Shown one piece after another: positions 35,212 through 44,835 of a stretch of DNA of 50,101 nucleotides. The DNA is from Myxococcota bacterium. GTDB lineage: Bacteria > Myxococcota_A > UBA796 > CAJQPC01. Where the stretch lies: positions 1 through 50,101 of the forward strand of contig JAZAMN010000035.1 of assembly GCA_036229005.1 (NCBI GenBank), written 5' to 3'. Position 1 is the stretch's first letter. Each line of letters starts with the position of its first letter. Under the pieces are notes generated by a model. The model was given only the letters and a program-made list of their open reading frames with translations. It had not been told where the DNA came from and made no database searches. Position numbers and translations under genes: made by a program.

Positions 35212-35483
35212 TGCGCGACTGGGGGTGAACGCAACAGCGCGCTGCGCAAGTCCCTGTGAGTGCAACAAACTGGGTCGGGCGGGGCCGAACTCTGTGGGCC
35301 GATCGGCTCCAAGTGGTTGAAATCAAATTCTGGGGCCGTCCATACCCGGACTCAGAACACGCGATTGTTGCGTTCGGACCGACTTGCGCGGCGGCTTGTT
35401 GCGTTCGGACAGACTTGCGCGGCGGCTTGTTGCGTTCGGGGCGACTTGCGCGGCGGCTTGTTGCGTTCGGGGCGACTTGCGCG
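35212..35483. repeat. Oppositely oriented 31-bp repeat arrays (2 + 4 units) between convergent genes
   Basis: TTGTTGCGTTCGGnnnGACTTGCGCGGCGGC starts at 35365/35396/35427/35458. Inverted degenerate copies lie at ~35212-35237 and 35243-35268. Confidence 0.88.
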
Positions 35484-35497
35484 AGCGCCAGCCCTGC

Positions 35498-36124
35498 CTA
35501 CTCCTCAGCGATGCTCAGGGAGTACTCCTCCAGGAGCTGGTCCACGCGCCAGTCGGTGCGGAGGCGCTCGGCGTCCCCCCAGCGCTCGGGGCTGCCAAAG
35601 GCGACCCAGAAGTGCATGGCGCCGTCTTCCCCTTGGGTGATCTGCGTGCGCCCCAGCCGCTCCAGCTCCTGGGGGAGGCGCTCCATGGCCTGTCGGCAGC
35701 AACGCTCGCTCTCCGCCAGCAGGGTGGCCTCTGCGATGCAGGGGTACTCCTCGCAGTGGAGGCCGTGGAGCTCGGCGACGTCCTCCCAGCGCTCGCTCAA
35801 CAGGGAGGCCATGGCCTGCTCACTGTAGCTCTCCGGAACGCCCTCCCAGTCCTGGGGGTGCCCCTCGTAGGTGGCGAGTTGGCCGCGGGCGAAGGCCAAC
35901 TCGGCCTCGCATCGGCCGGGGGGCGGCTGGTTGGGGGCCGCCTCCGCGCTCTGCTCGCTGTGCCGGATCTCTGTGTGCCGGACCTCCGAGAGAACGGCCG
36001 GGGCGCACTCCGCCGCGGGCTGCACGCCCGGCGCATCCGGGGCTTGCCCACGGCCCACCCAGAACCCCAGCCCTCCCACCAAGGAGAGAGCCAGGGTCTG
36101 CAGCGCCACCCCCCTGGGACTCAC
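35498..36124 (-). CDS. Hypothetical exported/membrane-anchored protein
   Basis: N-terminal hydrophobic segment; CEEYPCI motif; overlaps the upstream gene stop (GTGA). Confidence 0.7.
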   Translation of the reverse strand: MSPRGVALQTLALSLVGGLGFWVGRGQAPDAPGVQPAAECAPAVLSEVRHTEIRHSEQSAEAAPNQPPPGRCEAELAFARGQLATYEGHPQDWEGVPESYSEQAMASLLSERWEDVAELHGLHCEEYPCIAEATLLAESERCCRQAMERLPQELERLGRTQITQGEDGAMHFWVAFGSPERWGDAERLRTDWRVDQLLEEYSLSIAEE

Positions 36125-38082
36125 AGCCCCGAGGAGAAGATCACGTAGGCCGCGCCAGCGTCGGTCACACCCGCCACGTCCGCATCGCGCGCGCCCACCA
36201 TCAGGTCGGGCAGGCCGTTGCCGTCCAGGTCGCCGGGCACGTTGACCGGAGCGCCTGCGCCGTCTCCGGCGAGCTCACCGGTGAAGATGCCGTCGGCCGC
36301 GCTGGCCGAGTAGCTGCCGCTGAGGGGGCCGTAGAACAGGTAGGCGGCGCCGGCGCCGGAGCTGTTGCCGCGGGCCGCGACCGTCACATCCAACTGGCTG
36401 TCACCGTTGAGGTCGGCGGTGCCGTAAGAGGGGGCCATGCGGTCGTCCGCGGCCTCGCCGGCGATGGTGGCCAGGGCGTTGTCCGCCATGGTGCCGTCTG
36501 CGGTGAAGGGGCCGGCGATCAGGTAGACCGCGCCGGAGACCGTGCCGCCCAGGTCGGAGCGGGTGGCGGACACCAGGATGTCCTCGTTGCCATCGCCGTC
36601 GTGGTCACCGGCGGGGCCGATGCCGTAGCCGGCCTGGTTGTTGATGGCGGGGCCGCTCAGGAAGACGTCCACGTCGTCGGAGGAGAAGCTGCCCGACATG
36701 CCGGCCTGGCCGAAGATCACGGCCACGCCGCCGGCGTCCTCGGCCGCGGTGTCGTCCAGGGGGACGCCGACCAGGAAGTCGGAGATGCCGTCGCCGTTCA
36801 GGTCGCCCGCGCCGGAGAGGCCGCCGCCGAACTGGTTGCCGGAGTCGGCGCCGTAGAACACGGCGGTGCTGTCCGCCAGGCTGCCATCCGCGCTCACGGA
36901 GTCGCCGGTCACCAGGTAGACGGCGCCGGACTGGCTGTCGTGCCGGGCGGCGCTGACCAGGAAGTCGGGGAGGCCGTCGTCGTCCACATCGCCTGCGTCG
37001 CTCAGGACGGAGGCGCGGTCGCTCGCGGCCTCGCCAGCGAGGGTGATCTGGGCGCTGTCGGTGTCGACCTGGCCGCTGGGGGTGCCCAGGAAGAGGTGCA
37101 CCGCGCCGGAGTCGCTGCCGCCCTCGTCCGAGCTCTGCGCGGAGAGGATGAGGTCGTTGAAGCCGTCGCCGTTCCAGTCGCCCACGCCGGTCACCGGGTA
37201 CACCGTGTCGCCGCTGTTTGCGCCAGCGATGCGGGCGTAGGCCACGGTCTCGATGTCGAAGCTGCCCGCCGTGTAGGGGCCATCGACCAGGTAGATGGCG
37301 CCCTGGCTGTCGCCGAAGCCGCGTGCGGAGAGCGCGATGTCCTGGAAGCCGTCGCCGTCCAGATCGCCCACGGAGCGCACCGGGCCGCCCATCTTGTCGC
37401 CGGCGTTGGAGCCGGTCCAGACGATGTCGGCGTCCGCGAGGCTCTGGACCCCGGGGAGGCTGCAGCCGTTGTCGGTGCCGTCGCAGTCGTTGTCGATGCC
37501 GTCGTCGCAGACCTCCTCCGCGCCGGGGTTGGTGGCGGCGTCAGCGTCGTCGCAGTCGCTGCTGTCCTCGACCACGCCGCTGGCGCCGTCACAGGCCTCG
37601 GTGGGGGAGCTGCCGTCGCCGTACCCGTCGCCGTCCAGGTCCGGGTAGAAGGTGCTGCCGTCCACGGGCTCGTTGTCGATCTCGCCGTCGCAGTCGTTGT
37701 CCACGCTGTCGCAGACCTCGGTGCCGCCGGGGAACGCGCTGGCGTCCGCGTCGTCGCAGTCGCCGCCCACGGTGACCTGGTCGCTGCGCTCGGCGCTGCA
37801 CAGGAGCACCTCGGTCGCGTCGTCTCCGTAGGCGTCGGCGTCGGCGTCGGTGTACCAGGCGGTCGCGTCGACGGCGTCGTCGTCGGCCACGCCGTTGCAG
37901 TCGTTGTCCAGGCCGTCGCAGACCTCGTCGGCGCCCGGGTTGATGTCGGGGTCGCTGTCGTCACAGTCGGAGGAGGTGTCGTAGCCGTCGTTGTCGGCGT
38001 CCACCCACTCGGCGGTGTCGTCGGTGCTGTCCTTCTTGCACGCAGTGGCGGCAAGCAGGGCGAGGGTGATCAACTTGAACAT
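36121..38082 (-). CDS. Lipoprotein with three MopE-like putative metal-binding repeats and FG-GAP (integrin-like) repeats
   Basis: Lipobox ATAC; DCDD..D...PGA.EVCD..DNDC.G x3; multiple GDLDGDG/GDLNGDG...GAVY repeats. Confidence 0.9.
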   Translation of the reverse strand: MFKLITLALLAATACKKDSTDDTAEWVDADNDGYDTSSDCDDSDPDINPGADEVCDGLDNDCNGVADDDAVDATAWYTDADADAYGDDATEVLLCSAERSDQVTVGGDCDDADASAFPGGTEVCDSVDNDCDGEIDNEPVDGSTFYPDLDGDGYGDGSSPTEACDGASGVVEDSSDCDDADAATNPGAEEVCDDGIDNDCDGTDNGCSLPGVQSLADADIVWTGSNAGDKMGGPVRSVGDLDGDGFQDIALSARGFGDSQGAIYLVDGPYTAGSFDIETVAYARIAGANSGDTVYPVTGVGDWNGDGFNDLILSAQSSDEGGSDSGAVHLFLGTPSGQVDTDSAQITLAGEAASDRASVLSDAGDVDDDGLPDFLVSAARHDSQSGAVYLVTGDSVSADGSLADSTAVFYGADSGNQFGGGLSGAGDLNGDGISDFLVGVPLDDTAAEDAGGVAVIFGQAGMSGSFSSDDVDVFLSGPAINNQAGYGIGPAGDHDGDGNEDILVSATRSDLGGTVSGAVYLIAGPFTADGTMADNALATIAGEAADDRMAPSYGTADLNGDSQLDVTVAARGNSSGAGAAYLFYGPLSGSYSASAADGIFTGELAGDGAGAPVNVPGDLDGNGLPDLMVGARDADVAGVTDAGAAYVIFSSGL

Positions 38083-38159
38083 GGCGAAGCTCCCATTCCG
38101 TCGGCTCTCTGGTCAACGTAACCTCAGGGGGGACAGGTCTGCCCCTGGGTGCAGGTGAA

Positions 38160-38804
38160 CTAAAGGAGTGCGCGGATCCGCGCCACCAAAGCCTCCATTG
38201 CGTCATCGCGGCGGGGGAAGGCCTCCGAGCCGTTGAGGTCCACCAGGGTCGCGGTGGAGCCCAGGGCGCCGATGACGTTCCCGAACACCAGAGTGGAGCG
38301 CGTGCGCTCAAGCTGGTTCCGGCAGATCTGCACCAGCTCCTCCGCGCTGGTCTCCGGCCCGGCCGCCTTGAAGGTGATCAGGCTGAGCTCTGGGCTCCAG
38401 TCCAGCACCTGGTCAGCGATCTTGGGGGCGGGGCGCAGGCGGATCACCCACTCGGCCTGCTGGCTGGGGGTCTTCCCGGCGCTCTTCTCGGCGGCCTCGT
38501 AGTCCCCGACCGCGGCGGCGTGCACCAGGATCCCCGTCGGGTTCACCGTCGCCCAGGCCTGCATGCGCGCCATCAGGTCACGGGTGGCGCCGAAGGCCTC
38601 GGTGCTCGGAGCCCCGCCGCTGCGGAGCAGGGCCTCGGGGCTGCCCAAGAGGTGGACCTTGGTGTGGGCGCTCAAGGCGTCCGCGATGGCGGCGCCTGTG
38701 CGGCCAGAGCTGTTGGCGCTCAGGAAGCGCATGGCGTCGACCGGGTTGCGGGTCGCACCCGCGGTGACCAGGACGGGACGAGGGGAGGGGGAGGCGGCTG
38801 TCAT
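38160..38804 (-). CDS. coaB: Stand-alone phosphopantothenate-cysteine ligase (CoaB domain only)
   Basis: VLVTAGATRNPVDAMRFLSANSSGRTG, HAAAVGDY, PKI, FKA; no N-terminal CoaC flavoprotein domain. Confidence 0.8.
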   Translation of the reverse strand: MTAASPSPRPVLVTAGATRNPVDAMRFLSANSSGRTGAAIADALSAHTKVHLLGSPEALLRSGGAPSTEAFGATRDLMARMQAWATVNPTGILVHAAAVGDYEAAEKSAGKTPSQQAEWVIRLRPAPKIADQVLDWSPELSLITFKAAGPETSAEELVQICRNQLERTRSTLVFGNVIGALGSTATLVDLNGSEAFPRRDDAMEALVARIRALL

Positions 38805-38884
38805 GGCCTGGATCTAACGCCTCGCTCTCGCGGTGGACTCCCATCGGTGTCACCATTCTGATACAAAGGCGAGCAGGAGCGTCG

Positions 38885-39682
38885 ATGTCCACTGTGCAGA
38901 GCCTGCGGGCGCGATTCGGAGCGGCCCCCCCGGCGGCCGTGGTGTTGGGCTCAGGCCTCAGCTTCCTGCGGGAGACCGCCCAGGACGCCGAGCGGGCCAG
39001 CTACGCGGAGCTCGGACTGCCCCAGACCGGCGTGGCGGGGCACGCGGGAGAGCTCGTGGTCGGGCGCCTGGGACAGAGCCCCGTGGCGCTGCTTGCCGGC
39101 CGGGTGCACGCCTACGAAGGCCGCCCCATGCACGAGGTCGTGGCGGCGGTGCGGGCGCTCGCGGAGTGGGGCGTCCAGCGCTTCGTGCTGACCAACGCCG
39201 CAGGGAGCGTGAACGCGGCCTTCGCGCCCGGCGACATCATGCTGGTGGAGGACCACCTCAACCTCATGGGGCGCAGCCCGCTGGTGGGCCCCAAGCCCAG
39301 CCAGGGCGCTCACTTCCCGGACCTGAGCCAGGCCTATGACCCCCGCATGCGGGCGCTGGCGACCCAGGCCGCCCAGGAGCTGGGGATCCCGCTGCGGCGC
39401 GGCGTCTACTGCGCCAACCTGGGCCCCTCCTACGAGACCCCCGCCGAGGTCCGCATGATGCGCACCATGGGCGCGGACGCCGTGGGGATGTCAACGGTGC
39501 CGGAGGTCCTGGCGCTGGCGCGGCTCGAGCGCCCCGTGGTCGCCTTCTCGCTGATCTCCAACCTAGGCGCGGGCCTGTCCGTGGGCCCCCTTCACCACGA
39601 GGAGGTCCAGGAGGCCGCGAACGCCGCGGGGGGCAAGCTGGGCGCCCTGATCACGGCCCTGCTCTCGAAGGCGGATGCGTAG
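38885..39682 (+). CDS. punA: Purine nucleoside phosphorylase (trimeric PNP family)
   Basis: VVLGSGL, GHAG, GRVHAYEG, TNAAG, GPSYETPAE, GADAVGMSTVPE. Confidence 0.93.
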   Translation: MSTVQSLRARFGAAPPAAVVLGSGLSFLRETAQDAERASYAELGLPQTGVAGHAGELVVGRLGQSPVALLAGRVHAYEGRPMHEVVAAVRALAEWGVQRFVLTNAAGSVNAAFAPGDIMLVEDHLNLMGRSPLVGPKPSQGAHFPDLSQAYDPRMRALATQAAQELGIPLRRGVYCANLGPSYETPAEVRMMRTMGADAVGMSTVPEVLALARLERPVVAFSLISNLGAGLSVGPLHHEEVQEAANAAGGKLGALITALLSKADA

Positions 39683-39702
39683 CTGCTAAGCTCTGCGCCC
39701 CG

Positions 39703-40206
39703 ATGGAGTTCCCCATGCTTGTGTCCCTGAGCCTGCTCGCCTTGGGGTGTGCCCCCGATGCCCCCGAACGCTTCACCGGCGGCGGGACGCACGTGGACCC
39801 CCCCGTCGACACGGCGACCGACAGCGGCGGAGGCGACGACACTGGCGACGCCACCGGCTGGACGGTGACGGGCGTGGAGGCCGGGTTCGAGGACCTGCCC
39901 AACATCGGGACGGCCATCTACACCTTCATCGCCATGGAGAACCTCCCTGGTGACCTCGCCGACACCCGGATCTACGTCACCCTTGACGGACAGGACGTGG
40001 AGATCGACGGTGAACTCGGGGTGCCCGTAGACGACGAGTACGCTTGGGTCACCCCGGATCAGGAGCTCTTCACCGCGCTGCAGGTCGGAGAGCCGGGAAG
40101 CTACGAGATGTCCCTCTACCTCAAGACCGGCGCTGGCGAAGTCTCCAACACCTGGTCGGGGACGGTCGACTCGGCCAACGAGCGGGACCTGCCTGCCAAG
40201 CCCTGA
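39703..40206 (+). CDS. Hypothetical lipoprotein
   Basis: Lipobox ALGC; DTATDSGGGDDTGD linker. Confidence 0.75.
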   Translation: MEFPMLVSLSLLALGCAPDAPERFTGGGTHVDPPVDTATDSGGGDDTGDATGWTVTGVEAGFEDLPNIGTAIYTFIAMENLPGDLADTRIYVTLDGQDVEIDGELGVPVDDEYAWVTPDQELFTALQVGEPGSYEMSLYLKTGAGEVSNTWSGTVDSANERDLPAKP

Positions 40207-40217
40207 CGGGCCTCAGC

Positions 40218-42062
40218 TCAGCGACGCGTGCCCTTGGGGCCGGTGGCCATGCCCGTGCGGATGGCGACCTGCCCAAAGAGGGTGTGGCTGGCGTCCTCCC
40301 ACTCGCCGAAGGCCTGGTCGTGGCGGCTGCGGATGCGCTCCAGGTCGCGCACCTTGAGCTCCATCTCGCGGCGGCGCTGGATCTCCGCGGGATCCTTGGT
40401 GGGGGGCAGCACGCGGAGCTGGTCGAGCGTGGCCTCGGAGAGCTTGCGGGAGGCCTGCACGGGGTCCTTGGGGTCCCGGGCGTCGGCCGCGAGCGCCTTG
40501 AGGCTGGGGGCCGTCGCGCCCATCTCCGTGAGCTGTTGGACCATGGCCACCTGGTCCGCCAGCGCGCGATCAAGCTGCTCCTGAGCCGCCTGGAACTCCA
40601 GGTGGGCGGTGTTGACCTCCTCGCTGCCCTTCACGCCGCTCATCCAGCCGAAGCCCATGATCAGGAGCAGGGGGACGAGCACAAAGCGCAGGAGGTTCCC
40701 CACCACGCTCGCGAGCGACATCGCGACGGGCTCGTCTCGGGGAGCAGGCTCTTCGGGGGGGGCAGAGGGCGGGAGGGTGTCTGGAGCTGTCGTCTCCACC
40801 TCCTGGGGCTCGGCGGCCGGCTCCGCGGCCTTCTCCAGCTCGGGATCCGTCTGGATCCGGGGGTCGTCGAGGCCAAAGCGGGCCATGGGGTCCATGGTGT
40901 CCCGGGCATCGACCAGGCGCTCCCGCTCGGGGTGGAGCTCAGGCGGGAGCGTGCTGCGCCGCGGGGTGTCCAGAGTGGGGCGCGGCCTCGGCGCGGGGGT
41001 GCGTCGGGGGGCCGGCGTCAGCGAGGGGCGGGGGCGTCGCGGGGGCTCGTGCAGGCCCGGCTCCGGGTCCAGGGAGGGCTTGCGCAGGGGCTTGCGCAGC
41101 GCACGCAGGGACTCCATCGGGTCCCCCAGCTCGGCCTCGGGATCGTCCTCCTCCTCCGGGGCGAGCTCGACCTCGGGGGCGATGGTGTGCCGCACGGGCG
41201 GTGCGTCGCCTGGGGGGGCCAGGCTGACAGGCTCAGGGGGTTGGTTGATCAGCACCGGGACGCCCAGGGCCGTCGCGAAGGCCTCCACGTTGTCGAAGCG
41301 ACCCTCGGGGGTGGGGTCCAGGGCGCGCTCGATGGCCTCGATGACCCGCCGGGGGAGGCTCGGATTGTGGACGGACAGGGGGGTGAATGCGCCCTCGGCC
41401 GTGGCGTTCAGGACGCCGCGCAGGTCCGTGTCCGGGAAGGCGGGCTTGCCGGAGAGCATCTCGTAGAGCAGCGCGCCCAGCGCGAAGATGTCCGCGCGGC
41501 GGGTGACCAGGGAGGCGTCCTTGATCTGCTCGGGCGCCATGTAGCCGGGGGTGCCCATGGGGCCCTTGCCGGTGCCCTGGGTCTGGCCGAACTTGGCGAT
41601 GCCGAAGTCGCTGACCTTGGCGATCACGGAGTCCCCGGACGCCGTGAGCAGCACGTTGGCGGGCTTGAGGTCCCGGTGGAGGATCCCGGCGGTGTGGGCG
41701 GTCCCTACGGCCCCCAGGATCTGGGAGAAGAGCACCAGGGCCTCGTCCAGGTCCATCGCGCCGCCGTCCCGAATGCACTCCTCCAGGGAGAAGCCCTGGA
41801 CGAACTCCATGACCAGGCCGACCTCGTGCTCGGTCTCCACCACGTCGGTCACCGAGACGATGTTGGGGTGCCGCAGCCGCGCCTGGATGCGCCCCTCCTG
41901 GAGCAGGCGCAGGGTCATCTGGCGCGAGGGCGCGCTGAGGAACTTGATGGCGTGGTCGGTGCCCAGGGTGCGGTGCCGCGCCAGGTAGACGTGCGCGAGC
42001 CCGCCCTCGCCGACCAAGCCGCGAAGCTCAAAGCGCCCGACGATGTCTCCTGCCTGCTTCAC
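40218..42062 (-). CDS. Membrane-anchored eukaryotic-type Ser/Thr protein kinase
   Basis: GEGGLAHVY, AIK, HRDLKPANV, DFGIAK, GTPGYMAPEQ; Pro-rich linker, TM helix and helical extracytoplasmic C-terminus. Confidence 0.93.
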   Translation of the reverse strand: MKQAGDIVGRFELRGLVGEGGLAHVYLARHRTLGTDHAIKFLSAPSRQMTLRLLQEGRIQARLRHPNIVSVTDVVETEHEVGLVMEFVQGFSLEECIRDGGAMDLDEALVLFSQILGAVGTAHTAGILHRDLKPANVLLTASGDSVIAKVSDFGIAKFGQTQGTGKGPMGTPGYMAPEQIKDASLVTRRADIFALGALLYEMLSGKPAFPDTDLRGVLNATAEGAFTPLSVHNPSLPRRVIEAIERALDPTPEGRFDNVEAFATALGVPVLINQPPEPVSLAPPGDAPPVRHTIAPEVELAPEEEDDPEAELGDPMESLRALRKPLRKPSLDPEPGLHEPPRRPRPSLTPAPRRTPAPRPRPTLDTPRRSTLPPELHPERERLVDARDTMDPMARFGLDDPRIQTDPELEKAAEPAAEPQEVETTAPDTLPPSAPPEEPAPRDEPVAMSLASVVGNLLRFVLVPLLLIMGFGWMSGVKGSEEVNTAHLEFQAAQEQLDRALADQVAMVQQLTEMGATAPSLKALAADARDPKDPVQASRKLSEATLDQLRVLPPTKDPAEIQRRREMELKVRDLERIRSRHDQAFGEWEDASHTLFGQVAIRTGMATGPKGTRR

Positions 42063-42089
42063 GCGTGACCTTGGGAGGGATCATAGCGG

Positions 42090-43013
42090 CTAGGGGTGGA
42101 CCCGGGTGCCGCGTCTGCCTGCCAGGGCATCGGCAAAGCTGCGCGGGGACGTGATCAGCGCCGAGGGGCCCCCGCGCTCCAGGAAGTCCAGCACGGCCTC
42201 GACCTTGGGGCCCATCGATCCGGCGGGGAACTGGCCGGCCTCGTAGTGGGCGCGGAGGGACGCGGCGTCCACCTCGCGCAGGGCCCGGGCCTGGGGCGTC
42301 CCGAAGTCCACCATCACCTCGTCCACGCCGGTCAGGATCACCAGCTCGTCCGCGTCGAGCTGGTTGGCGAGCAGCGCGCTGGCGCGGTCCTTGTCCACGA
42401 CCGCCTCGACCGGGGTGCGCCGACCGTGGAAGTCCACAAAGGGCACCCCTCCTCCTCCGCAGGCCAACACCACGTGCCCGGCCTCCAGCAGCAGGCGCAC
42501 CGCCGCCAGGTCCAGGACCTCCAGCGGCTTGGGGGAGGGGACCACTCGGCGCCAGCCCCGGCCGGGGTCCTCCTTGACCGTCCAGCCCAGCGTGTGGGCG
42601 CGCAGGCGGGCCTCGTCTTCGACGTAGAAGGGCCCGATGTACTTGCTGGGCGACTGGAAGTCGGGGTCCTCGCTGTCCACCAACACGCGGCTCAGGACTC
42701 CGGTCACCGGGCGGGCCAGAGCGGTGGTCAACGCCTGCTGGAGCATCAACCCGATCTCTCCCTGCGTCGCCGCCACCGCCAGATCCACCGGGATGGGGGG
42801 GACGTCCTCCGACAGGCAGAGGTCGGAGCGCAGCAGGATCCGGCCGACCTGGGGGCCGTTTCCGTGGGTGACCACGAGCTGCGTGTCCTCGGGCAGGCTG
42901 GCCAGGAGCTCGGCGACCACGAAGGCGCGCGCCAACTGCTCGGGCACAGTGCCGCGTTCTCCGGGTTGGATCAGGGCGTTTCCGCCCAATGCGAGGACGA
43001 GGCGAGAGGGCAA
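42090..43013 (-). CDS. arcC: Carbamate kinase
   Basis: ALGGNAL, THGNGPQVG, WRRVVPSPKP, VEAVVDKDRAS, GSMGPKV. Confidence 0.95.
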   Translation of the reverse strand: MPSRLVLALGGNALIQPGERGTVPEQLARAFVVAELLASLPEDTQLVVTHGNGPQVGRILLRSDLCLSEDVPPIPVDLAVAATQGEIGLMLQQALTTALARPVTGVLSRVLVDSEDPDFQSPSKYIGPFYVEDEARLRAHTLGWTVKEDPGRGWRRVVPSPKPLEVLDLAAVRLLLEAGHVVLACGGGGVPFVDFHGRRTPVEAVVDKDRASALLANQLDADELVILTGVDEVMVDFGTPQARALREVDAASLRAHYEAGQFPAGSMGPKVEAVLDFLERGGPSALITSPRSFADALAGRRGTRVHP

Positions 43014-43100
43014 GCGCAGCTCCGCTGGGACCGAAGCCTACACCACCTCCGTTTGTGGTCGGCCAGAGCCCCCGTTAGAGGCCGCAGCATCCGAGGAAGC

Positions 43101-44375
43101 ATGTACCGAAGCCCCCTGTTCATTGTCGACACCCCCGAGAAGCTCCAAGAGATGGTGGCGATGCTGGAGGGCGAGCCGGTCATCGGCATCGACACCGAAG
43201 CCGACTCCATGTACGCCTACCAGGAGAAGGTCTGCCTGGTGCAGGTCAGCGACCGCAACCGGGACTACATCATCGATCCCCTCGCGGGCTTCTCCCTGGA
43301 CCCCCTGGCGCCCTTCATGGAGGACCCGGAGATCGTGAAGATCTTCCACGGGGCCGACTACGACGTGGTCTCCATGAAGCGGGACTTCGGCTTCACCTTC
43401 CGGAACCTCTTCGACACCATGATCACCGCGCAGATCCTGGGCCTGCCCCGGGTGGGCCTGGCGGACCTCTGCGACCGCTACTTCGGCGTGCTCATGGAGA
43501 AGAAGTACCAGACCCACAACTGGGCGCTGCGGCCCCTGCAGCCGGAGCACCTGGACTACGCCCGCGGGGACACCCACTACCTGCTGGCGCTGCGGGAGCT
43601 CTTCGTCCGCAAGCTCCAGCGCACGGGCCGCATGGCCATCGCCCAGGAGGAGTTCGCCCTGGTCGAGGACCGCGAGTGGTCCCTCAAGGTCCCCAAGGAG
43701 CAGCTCTTCCGCAAGATGAAGGGCGCCAACAAGCTGGACGACAAGGCCCTCCGCGCCCTGCGCGGGCTCTGGGATATGCGGGACGCGCACGCCGAGCGCA
43801 TGAACCGCCCCCCCTACAAGGTCATCCCCAACCAGGTCCTGCTCAAGCTGGCTGAGAAGCGCCCGGAGACCCTGGAACAACTCGGGAAGCACGTCCGCGC
43901 GGGCTCCTCGATGGTCCGTCGCTACGGCGAGGAGATGGTGGCCGCGATCCAGTCCGCCATGGAGACCACCGACGAGCTGCCGGATGTCCCCAAGAAGGTG
44001 CGCTCCGGCACCCGCGCCAAGTACGGCAGCCGCGAGGTCGAGCGCCTGTTCAACCAGCTCAAGGAGTGGCGCAGCCAGGTCCTCAAGCGGGACAAGGTGC
44101 CCATGATCCTGGTGGGCTCCAACTCCCAGCTCAAGGCCATCGCGGGCACCCGCCCCGCCAGCCTCCAGGAGCTCGGTGAGCTCGAGGAGATCCGCGACTG
44201 GCAGGTCGACATCTACGGCGAGGAGCTGTTGGAGCTGGTCGCCGCCTTCGAGGCCGGGATGCCCAAGAAGCGCAGCAAGTCCAAGGCCTCCTCCGACGAC
44301 GACGCCCCCAAGAAGCGCCGCCGGCGCCGCCGCCGCAAGAGCGGGGATGATGCCCAGCCCGCCCAGGAGTCCTGA
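43101..44375 (+). CDS. rnd: Ribonuclease D (DEDDy exonuclease plus two HRDC domains)
   Basis: IDTEADS, CLVQV, FHGADYD, FDTMI, NWALRPL...YARGDTHYL; HRDC-like segments. Confidence 0.92.
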   Translation: MYRSPLFIVDTPEKLQEMVAMLEGEPVIGIDTEADSMYAYQEKVCLVQVSDRNRDYIIDPLAGFSLDPLAPFMEDPEIVKIFHGADYDVVSMKRDFGFTFRNLFDTMITAQILGLPRVGLADLCDRYFGVLMEKKYQTHNWALRPLQPEHLDYARGDTHYLLALRELFVRKLQRTGRMAIAQEEFALVEDREWSLKVPKEQLFRKMKGANKLDDKALRALRGLWDMRDAHAERMNRPPYKVIPNQVLLKLAEKRPETLEQLGKHVRAGSSMVRRYGEEMVAAIQSAMETTDELPDVPKKVRSGTRAKYGSREVERLFNQLKEWRSQVLKRDKVPMILVGSNSQLKAIAGTRPASLQELGELEEIRDWQVDIYGEELLELVAAFEAGMPKKRSKSKASSDDDAPKKRRRRRRRKSGDDAQPAQES

Positions 44376-44376
44376 G

Positions 44377-44754
44377 ATGGAGCGCGTCGAGACCCCCAAG
44401 GCCCCCGCCGCCATCGGCCCCTACAGCCAGGCCATCGTCCACGGTGGGCTGGTCTACTGCTCGGGGCAGATCGCCCTGGACGCCCAGACCGGCGCCCTGT
44501 TCGAGGGCGCTGTCGCCGGCGAGGCCCGAAAGGTGTTGGAGAACCTGTCCGCGGTCCTGGAGGCCGCCGGTTCCAGCCTGCAGCACGCCATCAAGGTCAC
44601 GGTGTTCCTGTCGGACATGGACGACTTCGCCGCGGTCAACGCGGTCTACGCCGAGGCCTTCGGCGAGCACCGTCCCGCTCGGGCCACCGTGCAGGTCGGG
44701 CGCCTCCCCAAGGATGTGCGCGTCGAGATCGACTGCATCGCCGCCCTGGCCTGA
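44377..44754 (+). CDS. ridA: RidA family enamine/imine deaminase
   Basis: APAAIGPYSQA, SGQI, PARATVQV..LPK.V.VEI. Confidence 0.93.
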   Translation: MERVETPKAPAAIGPYSQAIVHGGLVYCSGQIALDAQTGALFEGAVAGEARKVLENLSAVLEAAGSSLQHAIKVTVFLSDMDDFAAVNAVYAEAFGEHRPARATVQVGRLPKDVRVEIDCIAALA

Positions 44755-44835
44755 TGGGCTCCTTGCGCCGGGACTACGCCCTGCGCTATACCGTGCCGTC
44801 CCAGCGTCGCTGACCTGACGCTTCTGAGGTTTTCA

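Noticed and set aside
35365..35483. CRISPR array, or coding repeat ORFs (35256-35828, 35260-35640, 35384-36148)
   Set aside because: This is a pure tandem 31-mer. The ORFs are translations of the repeat cycling through frames, and they overlap a better gene on the opposite strand.
44755..44835. tRNA or other known ncRNA in intergenic gaps
   Set aside because: No cloverleaf or T-loop/CCA signature was found here or in other gaps inspected.
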